From the NCBI GenBank assembly GCA_951406725.2, contig OX597815.1, forward strand, positions 189,596,001-189,660,000: a DNA stretch of 64,000 bases, read 5' to 3'. How positions within the stretch are numbered: position 1 is the first letter of the stretch; each line of letters begins with the position of its first letter. Below, piece by piece: positions 1-13,039 of the stretch. The notes beneath the pieces are model-generated. The model made no database searches and had not been told where the DNA came from. It saw nothing but the letters and a program-made list of their open reading frames with translations. Made by a program: the position numbers and the translations under genes. The DNA is from Octopus vulgaris. Taxonomy: Eukaryota.

Positions 1-175
1 ATATATGTGTGTGTGTGTGTGTTTGTATATATAATTATAATTAGGGTATCTAAGAGATACCGCCATGGTGAAAATAGCAGCCAAGATCTGACTCTAAAAT
101 CACATTAAATGCCTATACAGCACAAGGAGAGAAGACAAAAAAAACAAAATAAAACTACTAAAAAATTACTGGATA

Positions 176-234
176 ATTCCAGATCCTGGATTTCTGACTT
201 TGCATTTAAAAATGCTTTGCCTCATCAGTGGAAT
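176..234 (-). ncRNA. Type I hammerhead ribozyme motif (copy 1 of an inverted pair)
   Basis: Minus strand reads ATTCCA-CTGATGA-GGC AAA GCATTT TT AAATGC AAA GTC-A-GAAA-TCCAGGA-TC-TGGAAT. It has the CUGAUGA and GAAA core boxes, 6-bp stem I (AUUCCA/UGGAAU), an extended stem II, a near-palindromic stem III and an AUC cleavage triplet; one extra A lies before GAAA. Confidence 0.7.
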
Positions 235-314
235 ATACGCAGAGAGTAGCATAAATGCACATATATATATATATATATATACATACAACATATGAATACT
301 ACATATACGAACGT

Positions 315-960
315 ATCATCATCATCATCATCATCATCGTTTAACGTCTGTTTTCCGCGCTAGCACGGGTTGGACGGTTCGACCGGAGTCTGGGAAGCCA
401 GGACTCCACCAGGCTCCAGTCTGATCTGGCAGTGTTTCTACAGCTGGATGCCCTTCCTAACGCCAACCACTCTGCGAGTGTAGTGGGTGCTTTTAATGTG
501 CCACCTGCACAGGTGCCAGAGGGGTCTGGCATCATCCACGATCGGTTGGTGCTTTTAATGTGCCACCGGCACGGAAGCCAGCCAAGGCGGTGCTGGCATC
601 GGCCACGTTTGGATGGTGCTTTTTATGTGCTACCGGCACAGATGCCAGTCGAGGCGGTGCTGGCAACGGCCACGTTCGGATGGTGCTTTTTATGTGCCAC
701 CGACAGAGGTATCACAACTACTATTTCCATTGATATTTGTTTCGATGTTCGTGTACACGCACTTGACTCAACAGGTCCCCTCAAGCACAGCAAGATGTTC
801 CGGGATCCAAGGTACTTTGAATGGGCAGGTGCTATGCGAAACTGGAGCCGGAAGCGTCCCGGGTCTTTGTAGTCACAGCACATCTCCAGAGATCTCGGTC
901 CTTCGCCAATGCACGTATACAACAACCCCGGCATAAATTGCCCGCTCTGTAACTCCATCA
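315..960 (-). mobile_element. Family B retroposon with (GAT)n tail and internal ~65-bp tandem units
   Basis: Reverse complement of the tail GGAAGGGCATCCAGCTGTAGAAAC...CGTCCAACCC...GACGTTAAACGATGATG that recurs about 12 times in the window; GTGCTTTT unit marker at 487, 549, 616 and 683. Confidence 0.8.
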
Positions 961-1031
961 TGCAATGTAGTTAAAACATCACCGGCCACTTGATAAGATC
1001 GTTATTTAATTTAAATTAGCGATATTGTCCT

Positions 1032-1063
<32 letters not shown>

Positions 1064-1313
1064 CCCACAAACATATATACAGAGAGAGGAGGGAAAGAGG
1101 AAGAGTTAGAGAAAGGAAGAAAAATAAATACAGTTCTATATTTGAGTGGTGAACAATTATTCTCTTCATTATTTACATGATTTACATTTGAAAGAAATTT
1201 GTCGTCATCTTGTTTGTTGTTAACAACATTTCAGCTGATGTACTCTCCAGCCTTCATCGGGTGTCCTGGGAGAATTCCGAACCTAGGTTCTCATTCCTAA
1301 AGTATTTTCCCAA

Positions 1314-1351
<38 letters not shown>

Positions 1352-1407
1352 GTCAGGTCCCTACCTGGAATCGAACTCAGAATCTTGGGGTTAGTAGCCC
1401 GCACTCT

Positions 1408-1572
1408 TCATCATCATCATCATTGTTCGACCTGGGTCGAGACAATGGAATTTACCATGCTACGCCAGACTTCATGGTACATCATGGCATTACAGAGGTC
1501 CTGTTGCTGGATGCCTCTATCCCTGGAGATTACATCAGGGTAGGAGAGTGTGCACCCTCTGGTATTGCGAGT
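1408..1572 (-). mobile_element. RTE-clade LINE 3' end fragment with (GAT)n tail
   Basis: Translates to RNTRGCTLSYPDVISRDRGIQQQDLCNAMMYHEVWRSMV, which resembles an RTE ORF C-terminus (R.RG..TY.D...D.G...L..AM.DR..WR); stop codon followed directly by (GAT)n. Confidence 0.6.
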
Positions 1573-1640
1573 ATATATATATATATATATATTGCGAGAC
1601 ATATATATATATATGTGCATTTATGTTACTCTCTGCGTAT

Positions 1641-1699
1641 ATTCCACTGATGAGGCAAAGCATTTCTAAATGCAAAGTCAGAAATCCAGGATCTGGAAT
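1641..1699 (+). ncRNA. Type I hammerhead ribozyme motif (copy 2 of the inverted pair)
   Basis: ATTCCA-CTGATGA-GGCAAAGCATTTCTAAATGCAAAGTC-A-GAAA-TCCAGGA-TC-TGGAAT; predicted cleavage after C1693; same architecture as 176-234. Confidence 0.7.
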
Positions 1700-4600
1700 T
1701 ATCCAATAATTTTTTAGTAGTTTTATATTTAACCACTACACCAAATGTCCGAGGGCATAATGCATAGTGGTTACATCAACCTTTCAAGATAATAAATTTT
1801 GAAGTAAAGGGAGAAACATATAATGATAGTAAAGAGAATGCTGTTCATGGTACAAAAATTACAAAAACGTAAAATGCAATAAAAATAAAGTTGAAAGGTG
1901 TATTGGATTTTGTAGACAAATTCAAGTTTATTTTCCAGTTATGAGAAAAGAAATTGGTCATATTTCTGGAAGTTCTCACTCTTCTGAAAAAGAAAAAAAT
2001 ATTTGAAAATTGCTTTAAAATGACTGGGAAACAACAAAAAAAAAAAAAAGAGAAAGAGGAAAGTGGATGTAATTTGGTTTATAGAGTATATAAAAAAAAT
2101 AAGGTAGAGATGTGAAAAAGAAATAAAAAAGGGACTGAAAGAGTAATGGTGAAGTGGACAGACGAATATATATGTTTACAGTATTGTGAAAACTGTTTAT
2201 TTGTGTTGAAATAAATAAACAAATGTAATGTAATAGAATAAACTACTGTATGAATGTTCACAAGAACCATCAAATAGATTCAGCTTCTTTTAACAATATT
2301 GAAAAAAAAAGACACAAGAAGGCAAGACAATTTATTCCATTTTAATTCTTCAAAAATTTATATGAACAGCATTGAGCCACTAAAAAGACTGCATTTGAGA
2401 GCCACTAATAAGATTGCATGTCAGGAAAAATAATTCTAAATTTGCATAGTTTACTATAAAACTTTGAGAAATTTCCAAATGACCAATTAATTTTAAAGAA
2501 AATCACCCTGTAAAGTTTCAGTGTAATCATTCTGTAAGTAAATAAAAGATTCTTATGACAAATTTGTTCTGGTGACAACATTTTGAAATTAGCTCATGCC
2601 TTGAATTCAGTAGGTTAACACAAAAATGTCAAAATAAAAATTCATTGCTAGTGAATAAATAGCATTATCCAAGTCCTTCAGACTGATATGGTAAATTCTT
2701 CTTTTGAACACGGTAGATTAAATTTTGTAGTAACTTCACCATTAAGTCACCTTATATACAGTAAGACAAGTGTGCTAGTTATTTTATCTGAGTATCAAAA
2801 ATAATTAGATGTGTACAACAACCCTTCAAGATACATTCCATTAAGCTTAACGTGTATTTTCTTAATTTGGTCAGTCAGTGAGTTTGTACACTGTTAGATG
2901 TTGGCAAGTTGTGCTAAAGTGGAGCTTCAAAGTCAACGATTTGTGTGTGTGTGAGTGTGTGAGGTTGTTCTTGTGCTGCTGGTAACATGTAACTCAGTAC
3001 AACCAGTTGCAGGGTCAGGTCCTCAGCTATTAAACTGGTAACCTCAATAAGCTTGCTTGGTGAAGAGAGTGATTTTGAACGCTCTGCAAGATGAAAAACA
3101 AGATCATCAAAGGGCAGAAGAACTCAGGAAAGCCATCCAATATAATCATGAGTAGGTAGTGCTCCCCAGTCTTACTGAAGACAATCCAACAAGGAGAAAG
3201 AAAATCTCTGAAATAAAAACCGTTCTGTGAGGATCTGCAAGTAACTGATGTTATTTTGCAGAGGAAAGATTATTGACTTGAAGATGTTATAATTTTGTCT
3301 ATGGATGACTGATAATAAAAAAAAATGTATGTTTGTATTTATATGTATGTATGTATATGCATACATATTCTCAAAACCAGAAAGGAGAAAGCTAATTCGA
3401 AGACTACAGATCCAATCCATCACTGGATCTGTAAAACTTTCCAGAAGTTTATTATTTAAATATATATGAGCAGGAACACAACACATCGACCAGTCCAGGA
3501 ATCGAAACCACAATCTTGCGACTATGAATCCAGCACCCTAACCACTAAGCCACGCTCCTCCACAGGCTTCTTTCAGTTTCCATGTATCAAATCCGCTCAC
3601 AAGGCTTTAGTTGGAGTCACACTATGGCTTGCCATAAAGATCAGAGATTTAGAGAAAATACTTTGTGCTATGTGTTCTAACATTTTATTCTGTGTTCAAA
3701 TCCTCTTCAGATTAACCTTGCCTTTCATCCCACAAGAGTCTGTAGAATAAAGTATACAATCAATGCTGGCTTAATATATTAACCCAGCCAATGCTTGGTT
3801 AATATATTTGAATAACCCCCTCAAATGTTTGGCTTTGTACCAAAATTAATAACACTTATTATTCATTTCTTTATCATTTAATTATTCAGTTGCTATCATC
3901 AAGTTCTTTCATTACACTCAACTGGCGCCTGTTACCAAATTCTACACACAAATGTGTAGGTTTAAAAACTGAATTTTATTTTATATTCAGTTCTATTTCA
4001 TTCACTTGTCTATCTATGTGAATGAGTCATCCTAGTGCTAATGTATGTATATGTGTGCACATGTGTATGTGTATATATACCTATTGGTGTTATGTCTGTG
4101 AGTGATGTATATATGTAAACAGCAGTGTGCCAGATACAGCCTTTGCAATATCTGTCTAAGGTTTTTATCTTTTTTTTTTTTTATCTTTCACAAATGGCAT
4201 ATTTATTTAGTCAATAGCTTATTTGCAAGAATAAAAGAATTAAACATATAAACAAAACATCATTGGTTGATATATTAATTAAAAGTTCTTTTCGTCTTCA
4301 ATTGCTAATTAATGATCAAAACAACAGTATTTGCTCATCCATGAAGAAAACGTTGATTTCAATTTTAAACCAAACTCTTTTAATAAAAATATCTAATAAT
4401 ATTTATCATTAAACAAATAATCTGAAATAAACTTTGGAACATCAGAAGCAGCAGAACTCGTAGGATTTCAAAGAGAATTTTTGTATCTTATATCACAATA
4501 GACCCTCTGCTAATTGCTCGGAATGTAAAAATTAATTGCATGTTTATATGGATGATGTTTGTGTATATACATAACATACATATGTGTGTGTAGATAGACA

Positions 4601-4714
4601 GGCAGACAGATAGATAGACAAATAGATAGATAGATATTACTGTATACACATATAAATGCATAAATACATACATAAATATATATACATACACACATTATCT
4701 CTTATATATATATA

Positions 4715-5098
4715 TATTGTGGCACTCCATCGGTTGCAACAACGAGGGTTCTAGTTGGTCTGATCAACGGAACAGCCTGCTCTTAAAATTAACGTGTAAG
4801 TGGCTGAGCATCCCACAGACACATATACCCTTAACGTAGTTCTCGGGGAGATTCAGCATGACACAGAATGTGACAAGGCTGGCCCCTTTGAAATACAGGT
4901 ACAACAGAAGCAGAAAGAAAGTGTAAGAGGAAATTGTGGTGAAAGAGTACAGCAGGGTTCGCCACCACCCACTGCTAACCTCTCATGGAGCTTTAGGTGT
5001 TTTCACTCAATAAACACTCACAACGCCCGGACTGAGAATAAAAACCGCAGTCCTATGACCATCGGTCCACTACTCTAACCATGAGGCCATTGCACCTC
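4715..5098 (-). mobile_element. Family C tRNA-derived SINE (tail type 1)
   Basis: Minus-strand tRNA-like head with degenerate A/B boxes; near-identical to 22810-23148. Confidence 0.75.
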
Positions 5099-5219
5099 AC
5101 ATATACATAAATACACACACACACACACACATATATATATATGTATGTATAGTTGCAATATTCGAATGAAACCAGTGATATTTTGAAATCATTTATGAGT
5201 ACCCCTCATTCACTGGACA

Positions 5220-5752
5220 ATGAACTTTGCTTGCGAAGAGGTATTAAGGCAAGTGTAAGCAAATCAAAATCACTGATATGGCCAATGACAGTACTGCCTG
5301 ATTGGCACTTGTGCCAGTGGAATGTTAAAAGCACATGTGAGCGTGATTGTTGCCAGGGCTTCGGATTGGCTCCTGTGCCAGTGACACATGAAAAGCACCA
5401 TTTGAGTATGATCATTGCCAGCGTCACCTTACCAGCACATGTGCCAGTGGCATGTGAAAAGCAACATTCAAAGCATGGCCATTGCCAGTACCGCTGGACT
5501 GACTCCCATGCAGTTAGCACATAAAAACACCTTTTGAGTGTGGTCGTTGCCAGAACCACCTGACTGGCCCTCATGCCAGTGGTATGAAAAAAGTACCCCC
5601 TATACTCTCGGAGTGGTTGGTGTTAGGAAGGGCATCCAGCTGTAGAAACTTTGCCAGATCAGATTGAGCCTGGTGCAGCCTCTGGCTCACCAGTCCTCAA
5701 TAAAACCGTCCAACCCATGCCAGCATGGAAAGCAGACATTAAACGATGATTT
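5220..5752 (+). mobile_element. Family B retroposon with ~65-bp internal tandem units
   Basis: Several GTGCCAGTGGCA..AAAAGCACC units followed by the shared family B tail ending AAACGATGAT. Confidence 0.8.
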
Positions 5753-5863
5753 GATATGTATGTTTACAGTTTGCATAACATATAATAGGAAACACATCCA
5801 TTACATAAACCTTCCTTCGTTAAACTGTTTATTAGCATAACACAAAATGAATATATAAATATA

Positions 5864-5901
<38 letters not shown>

Positions 5902-6019
5902 GTCATCCCAGAAGTTCTGTCCGAATTTTGAATAAAGAAAACAAGTAATAAAATGTTAGATTTAATTGAAATAAAAATATTTCCATAGTCTTCAAATAGT
6001 TAGGATATTTTCCTTTTTC

Positions 6020-6231
6020 TGTCTCTCTCTCTCTCTTCTTCTTCTTCTTCTCCTCCTCCTCCTCATCATCATCATTCTTCTTCTTCCCCTCCTCCTCCTC
6101 CTTCTCCTCCTTCTCCTCCTCCTCCTCATTCTTCTTCTCCTTCTTCTTCTCCTCCTCCTCCTCCTCCTCATTCTTCTTCTTCTTCTTCTTCTTCTTCTTT
6201 GCTCTCTCCTTCCTTGGCTGCTGCTGCTGCT
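6020..6231. repeat. Compound (CT)/(CTT)/(CCT)/(CTG) microsatellite
   Basis: Visible directly; source of spurious poly-E/K/R ORFs. Confidence 0.95.
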
Positions 6232-6789
6232 CAAACAATCATAATCCAGAACCAACATCCCTCATATTAACTATTCCTTCAGCTCTGCTACCACCTACCT
6301 ACCAAGTAGGTAAAAGAGGGAGAGACAGAAAAAAGGAAAATGTCCGAGCTGTTTGAAGACTATGGAAATATTTTAAAAAAACATTTCATTTAATTTTTCC
6401 ACAATTTAATTGCCTTTCTTGCTTTATTCCAAGTTGAAAAAGTCGAAAAGTCTGAAACCGGTACTAAAATGTCCTTTATGATAAAATTATTTCAGCATTT
6501 TCAACCTTATTTTATTTTCGTTTTACATATCAACTTGTGTGTTAGTTTTCAACCTTCTACATATATATGTGTGTGTGTGTGTGCATGTGTGTATGTATAT
6601 GTGGCCTGCTCGCTTAGCCAGCGGGGTGGTGTCATTCGAAGGCTAAAACAATGCGAACGCATTGTGACCAGCGATGTGTAACTACATCTGATAGCCTGGT
6701 CGGTCACGGTGATCACGGTGATATATATATGTATGTATGTGTGTATACATATATATATGCACACACACAAATACGCACATATAATGGCA

Positions 6790-7072
6790 TGCACACTTGC
6801 CAGTGCCACCTGACTGGTGTCTGTGTTGGTGACACATAAAAGCACCAACCGATCATGGCCGTTTGACAACCTCGCCTGGCCTCTGTGCTGGTGGCACATA
6901 AAAAGCACCCCTACACTCACGGAGTTGTTGGCGTTAGGAAGGGCATCCAGCTGTAGAAACACCGCCAGATCAGACTGGAGCCTGGTGCAGCCTCCTGGTT
7001 TCCCAGACCCCGGTCGAACCGTCCAACCCATGCTAGCATGGAAAACCGACGTTAAACGATGATGATGATGAT
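6790..7072 (+). mobile_element. Family B retroposon
   Basis: Two tandem units plus the family tail and (GAT)n. Confidence 0.8.
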
Positions 7073-7976
7073 ATATTTATAAATATAAATATATATATAT
7101 AGATATATGCACACACACATATACTTCCATACACACACACATGTATATATATATATATATATGTATGTATATATCTTCTGGTTTAATTTGTAATGTTATT
7201 AGTTATGTGATGTATGAGATTGTAAGCCAGGAAGCCAGGTCACTGCAAAATCTCTGTCTACATAGATTATCCTGATAGCTGAACTATAAAATTTCTTCTT
7301 ATTTCTTAAATACAATAAAATATCACCATCTAATCTGATATCAGAATCATTGATTAACTTATAATGAAGATGCACTTCAACACTCCAGCATCGTTAGATT
7401 ATTTCCCATTCAACACACACACACACACAAAATGTATTCTGTGAGAAAGGAATAATTTGAGAGTAAATGTATATTTTTCATTATCATCGAATGAATACAA
7501 TTCCATGGCTATATAGGTTTTTTTGCTTTATGCTTATTTCAGAATATATATTGACAGAGCTTTGAGAAATGATATTAATTCAGAATATGGTTCTTAAATT
7601 GACTCGTATTTTATTTTTATTCCGTTAGTCTATTTACTGGTTAGTTTCCGTCTTTTGGATTAAGTTTCATGTTGAAGACAACCTCCATGCGTTTTAGCTT
7701 GGAAGATAAAATGCAAATTCATTATGAGTATAAAGCGAAGTAATCAGAACATAATGTTATTCTAGCTCAATGCCTTAGTAATTCTACCATCACCTACCAA
7801 CATATGTGTGTGTGTGTGTTCAGGTGTGTGTTTGTGTGTTCAGGTGTGTGTTTGTGTGTTCAGGTGCGTGTTTATGTGCGGGTCTCACTTCATATCCAGA
7901 CAGATGATCAAGGATGTGAAATATTTGAATAACTAGCTGTGAATAGCCAGTTACAATGGGCATGTATACATGTCTG

Positions 7977-8031
<55 letters not shown>

Positions 8032-8072
8032 CTCTCTCTTTTTCTCTCTCTTTCTTTTTCTCTCTCTGTATA

Positions 8073-8124
<52 letters not shown>

Positions 8125-9249
8125 ACATTTTGTTCATCTATCTATCTATCTATCGATCGATTGATCTGTCTTTCAATTTGATCTATCTAGTGACGAGTAA
8201 GTTTTTGTTCAGACATTTGTTGTTTTTTTTCCATTGAGGAAAAAAGTGTTTTGTTGATATATGGGCAACACACACACACACGAACATGTATGTGTACAAA
8301 AACATGTATGCAATAGGTTTACGTACGTACGTGTGTGTATGTGTGCATATATGTATGAATGTATGTATGTATGTATGTATGTACACATATATATGTGTGT
8401 GTCTTTTTGTCTGTCTTTGTTTCCCATCACTGCTTGACAACTGGTGTTATCGTGTTTTTGTCCCCATAACTTAGCAGTTCAGCAAAAGGGACCATAATAG
8501 AATGAATGCCGTGTTTTCAAAAAAATGCATTTGACTAAAATTCTTCAAGGTGGTGCCCCAGCATGGCCATAAATGACTGAAACAAGTAAAAGATGGAAAA
8601 TAAATGATAAAAGGTTAGTACCCTTATGTGAGATTTTTATGGAAATTATGGAAGCTGATTACCTACATAATGAAATTATGTTTAGATTTATATCATTAGT
8701 GAATATTAATAAAAATAATATATATATAAATAAAAATAATAGGACAATGAATAGGAATACAATTTAGAGTCTAGATTTTAAATAAAATAATAATAGTAAT
8801 TAGTTTTGTAATTGGTGTTAATGAATCAAACACCTATATTAGTAGTTGGCTACCTTTAAAATTAAGTGAAATGCAAAATAATTTCAGATAATCAATAAAT
8901 TATTATATTTCAAAATCATTATTTAATATAGTAGCATTAGTGCTAAGCAGAGATGAGAAATAAACTAACTTTCGGTTAGTTCAAATATGTTTGTGAAATA
9001 TTTAAATGGTTACACAGCTCAGGTAAGGTGTTTTTACACCTGTTACCATAAGTGAGAATTTTTTTTTTCTCTACAGTAAACTGTAGTGAAATTGCTTTTA
9101 GAAGTTAAAAAATATCTCACAAACATATTTGAGTTAAGCTAAAGTTTGTTTATTTGATAATTGAGAAATAACTATGAGACACTGCTAGTTTAAATACATA
9201 AATTTTGTTGTTTGACAAGCAGAGCCTCAAGTATCTCCCTTTTATGACA

Positions 9250-9640
9250 TCATCATCACCATCATAATCATCATCATTGCCGTCGTTTAGCATCCATTTT
9301 CCATGCTGGCATATGTTGGACAGTTTGACTGGGATCTCAAGAGCCAGCGGCTGCACCAGGCTCCAATCGAATCAGGCAATGTTTCTACAGCTGGATGCCC
9401 TTCCTAACACCAACCACTCTGAGAGTGTAGTGGGGGCTTTTACGTGCCACCGGCATGAGGGCCAGTCAGGCGGTACTGGCAACATCCATGCTCAAATGGT
9501 GCTTTTTATGTGCCACCTGCACAGGAGCCTGTCAGGCGGGCCTGATATCAATCACGTTTGGATAGTGCTTTTTACGTGCCACTGGCACATGGGCCAGTCA
9601 GGCAGTCCTGCATCAATCGTGTTCGGATAGTGCTTTGTAC
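9250..9640 (-). mobile_element. Family B retroposon
   Basis: Reverse-complement family tail and three internal units. Confidence 0.8.
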
Positions 9641-9711
9641 CTCCATGATGATTGCTTTTCAACTAGGTATGATGAAGGTAATGCTAACAATGGAAAAATA
9701 TTTCCTTCTTT

Positions 9712-9872
9712 TTATGGTGGTGGCGGCGGTAGTGGTGGTGGTGGTGATGGTGGTGATGGTGGTAGTAGTGGTGGTGGTGGGGTGATGATGATGACGACGA
9801 CGACGACGATGATAATGAGGATGATGATGATGATCATCATCATCATCATGAGGAGGAGTAGGAGGAGGAGGT
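9712..9872. repeat. Compound (GGT)/(GAT)/(CAT)/(GGA) microsatellite
   Basis: Visible directly. Confidence 0.9.
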
Positions 9873-9964
9873 TGGAATTGCTGTTCTTTTTCAAAATGGT
9901 TTATAGCCCCACAATGATGACCAGTTAATGGAATTACTCTATCGCCTAAAAATTCAACAAACAT

Positions 9965-10280
9965 TTGTAAGACATTTTCTTCATCATTGAAAAATTTTTT
10001 ACCTGCTGTCTTATAAACTATTGTCCTCTTTGCATCAGTTACTGTTTATTCACCATTAGAAAAAACAAAAGGCTTTTTTTCAATAATTTCTTAATTGTTA
10101 TTGACACAGTGCACATAGATCAGTTGTATAACCTCGTTGTAACAGTATCATTTCATCAAATCAGAAACAAATGTAGTTGTTTTTAATATATCATAAAGTT
10201 CATTTTCAATGCCATTTGTCATTTCATCAATTTTATCTGAAAATGTACTCTTATTCAGTGAAATAGAAATGAATTCACAG
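9965..10280 (-). pseudogene. Degenerate hAT (Buster/Charlie-like) transposase fragment
   Basis: Minus-strand translation ISLNKSTFSDKIDEMTNGIENELYDILK...DE...QLIYVHCV resembles the IPLSNNTISRRIDEMSxDIExQL...DESTD...QLLVYVRY block of Buster-type hAT transposases; contains frameshifts and stops. Confidence 0.4.
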
Positions 10281-10303
10281 AAGATAAGAGACTCTGCAAT
10301 ACG

Positions 10304-10561
10304 TTAGTGCTTTCCACATTTGACAATAATCTTTGACTCTATACAATGCCATAAGTCCTTCCTCAACTGTTGCACCAATTTTTTAACTAATGTTTTAATC
10401 ATAGAATGGTTTCCAAATTTTTGTTTTAAATCCCCCAAATTATTTAAGCCCCTATCGACTTTTTCTGGATGTTTTGCATTCAAGAGCTTAATCATTTTCT
10501 TGGGTTTCATTCCTTCATTTCTAAATGTTTTTATCTTTCTTTTTTTACTAATTAAGCACAT
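10304..10561 (-). pseudogene. Possible Tc1/mariner transposase N-terminal (HTH) remnant
   Basis: 85-aa non-repetitive basic ORF (IKTFRNEGMKPKKMIKLL...GLNNL) loosely like the DNA-binding N-terminus of mariner-type transposases; no catalytic motif seen. Confidence 0.3.
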
Positions 10562-11089
10562 AGTTAATTATTAGTTAATAGTGCATGAATTAACTATGCA
10601 TTTCAAATAATCATGTGAATACTGCTAACACACTGTTAATTATTCATTTCTGTGGGTTAAAAATGATGGTAACTAAAAATGAAAAATTTAAAAAATGGAA
10701 TTAAAAAAAAGGAATTATTTTGTATTTTGAGAAAACCAGTTACAGAGATATCATGGGAATATTGTCAAGAGGTGCACATTTGTTTTTTAAGACCTTGGAA
10801 AGGCATATGATCACATACCACAGGGCATGCTGGGAAGGGTTTTGCAGGACTCTGGGCTTAATGGGTAGCTTCTGGTTATCGTGAAGTTCTTTTATGTACA
10901 CCCAGGTGTTTGTCTTCAGGTAAATGATGCTATGCTGAAACTTGCCAACATGATTATTAGATTTCGACAGTGGTGTGTATGGTCACTTCTTTTCATAATT
11001 TTTTTATGAACTTGATTGATATACACAGCCATAGTGGAACTGGTATCACAAGTGATGGGTGTAGAATCAGTCAGCTGATATTTGCAGAT

Positions 11090-11332
11090 GACAAGGTGCA
11101 CCGGACTGGCTCCTGTGCCGGTGGTACCTAAAAGGCACCAACCAAACATGGCTGATGCCAGTAGACCCTGACTGGCTCTCGTGCTGGTGGTACGTAAAAA
11201 GCACTATCCGAATGTGATCGATGCCAGGCCCATCTGACTGGTTCCCATGCCAGTGGCACATAAAAAACACACCCACTACACTCTCTGAGTGGTTGGCAGT
11301 AGGAAGGGCATCCAGCTGTAGAAACATTGCCA
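11090..11332 (+). mobile_element. Family B retroposon (3'-truncated)
   Basis: Three internal units, then GGAAGGGCATCCAGCTGTAGAAAC. Confidence 0.75.
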
Positions 11333-11349
11333 GTTCTATATTTAAGAGA

Positions 11350-11582
11350 AAGGCGGCGAGCTGGTAGAAACTTTAGCACGCCGGGCGAAATTCGTAGTCG
11401 TATTTCGTTTGTCATTACATTCTGAGTTCAAATTCCGCCGAGGTCGATTTTGCCTTTCATTCTTTCGGGGTCGATAAATTAAGTACCAGTTACACACTGG
11501 GGTCGATGTAATCGACTTAATCCCTTTGTCTGTCCTTGTTTGTCCCCTCTGTGTTTAGCCCCTTGTGGGTAGTAAAGAAATA
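11350..11582 (+). mobile_element. Family D tRNA-derived SINE monomer with 13-bp target-site duplication
   Basis: Head GGCGGCGAGCTGGTAGAA, B-box GAGTTCAAATTCC, core GCCTTTCATTCTTTCGGGGTCGATAAATTAAGTACCAG. TATATTTAAGAGA is duplicated at 11337-11349 and 11583-11595, inside a family E fragment. Confidence 0.85.
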
Positions 11583-12597
11583 TATATTTAAGAGATGAGG
11601 AATTTTGTACATTATTTACATTATTGTTCTGGTGAATTACAGTTTGTAAAGGTGAATGATTTTCTTAAGGTACAACCTTTACCTGTGCTAGTGCAGGAAA
11701 ACTACCTGTAAAACATTTTGAGGTTTGTAGAATTTGAAGGATGTAGAAATATATACCCAGGAAGTTAGCAATGTTCTCTTGCTCATGTGTCTCCAATGAA
11801 GGAAAAGCATATTTATTGCTAAAGGAAGTCAGTCAAGAACTGGCAGACATTAAGGCATTCGATTAAACTGAGATGCCAGAGGTTTGACGGGATGGCGGTA
11901 GGGGTTATTATGCAGCCAATGAATGTAAAATGGGTTGCTTTGATTAGATAGTAATTAGATAATCTAATGTGGCAGAGATAATGATGGCAGTATAATCACT
12001 GGATTTAAAGGTGAGAAAACGATGAAGAAATTTCAGAGACTCAGTGGGTCATTCAAGAATTCAGATGGGTGAAGATATTAAATGGTACAGACAGGTCAGA
12101 ATATCGCAGGTGATTCAGCCACTGCATTTAGTGGTGTTAGTGTGGAGGGAGTGCAAGAGCCACGAGAAATTACAGGCATTCAAATTTACTAAGAATGATA
12201 ACATCAGTCAAAGGTAAGGTGAAATAAATGTCCTTAATAGCAGATGAGAAATATTCAAACAGTAATTTGTTAAAGGTATTTGGTAACAGAAGGGAGACAG
12301 TTATGAAGTTTCGAGAATGGGGAAAGGTAAATTTCAGCCAAACTAATTGTAACATGCCAATCAATCATGCAAATGCTTCCATACAGGAATGGATACAATA
12401 GGTCGTCTAAATGAAGGGAGTTGGGAATGTCAGCTATCTTGTTGGAATTATCTCTTATGCTTGTTGATATTAGGAGATTTTGTTCCCTAATTACCAGGAT
12501 AATCCCAACTGTTTTTCAAATCACTCTTTTATATATGTGAGTTTTTACAATACCTTTATTTGGCATAGAAAATGTTTTCTTGTGGTACTTTCACACA

Positions 12598-12852
12598 TGT
12601 GGAGGTGCGTGGCTAAGTGGATAGGGTGTCAGCATCGTGATTGTAAGATTGTGGTTTCGATTCCTGGACCAGGCGACGCATTGTGTTCTTGAGCAAAACA
12701 CTTGATTTCACGTTGCTCCAGTCCACTCAGCTGGCAAAAATGAGTAACGCTGCAATGGACTGGTGTCCCGTCCAGTTGGGGAACACATATGCCATAGAAA
12801 CTGGGAAACCGGGCCCATGAGCCTGGCTAGGCTTCAAAAGGGTGCATTTATT
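12598..12852 (+). mobile_element. tRNA-derived SINE related to family C
   Basis: A-box TGGCTAAGTGG and B-box GGTTTCGATTCC; body shares segments with 24380-24703 and 13040-13342. Confidence 0.7.
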
Positions 12853-13039
12853 TTATTTTAAATTCACTCACAAGGCTTTGGTCAGTTTTTGAGGCTAATT
12901 AGGAAGGCACTTGCCCAAAGTGTTATGCAATGGGTCTGAACCCATAACTATGTAGTAGGGAAGTTAATGAGTTAACCACATAACCATGCCTGCACGTCAG
13001 AGGTGTATGATATTTGTAATGTGCACATTAGTAGTATAT

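Larger units (their letters stand above)
1135..1775 (-). mobile_element. Family E tRNA-headed SINE with degenerate hammerhead, split by nested insertions (1409-1728)
   Basis: Matches copies at 25225-25525 and 57890-58157. The tRNA head breaks at GCCCGCACTCTT and resumes at AACCACTAC (1731). Hammerhead remnant at 1222-1265 has CCGATGA in place of CTGATGA. Confidence 0.7.

Noticed and set aside
432-961. Overlapping 100-146 aa ORFs in family B and other SINE copies
   Set aside because: The same peptides (e.g. [21 protein letters not shown]) recur wherever the repeats occur; they reflect GC-richer repeat DNA, not genes.
5280-5600. ~65-bp hairpin units as a CRISPR-like repeat-spacer array
   Set aside because: The sequences between hairpins are homologous to each other; this is a minisatellite inside family B.
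8980-9110. Exon ending CAG|GTAAGG and the nearby acceptor TTTTCTCTACAG as upstream exons of the plus-strand gene
   Set aside because: The implied intron is only ~55 nt and no donor gives the phase needed to join 17510.
11620-12480. Non-repetitive stretch resembling an ancient LINE remnant
   Set aside because: No diagnostic motif could be read with confidence.
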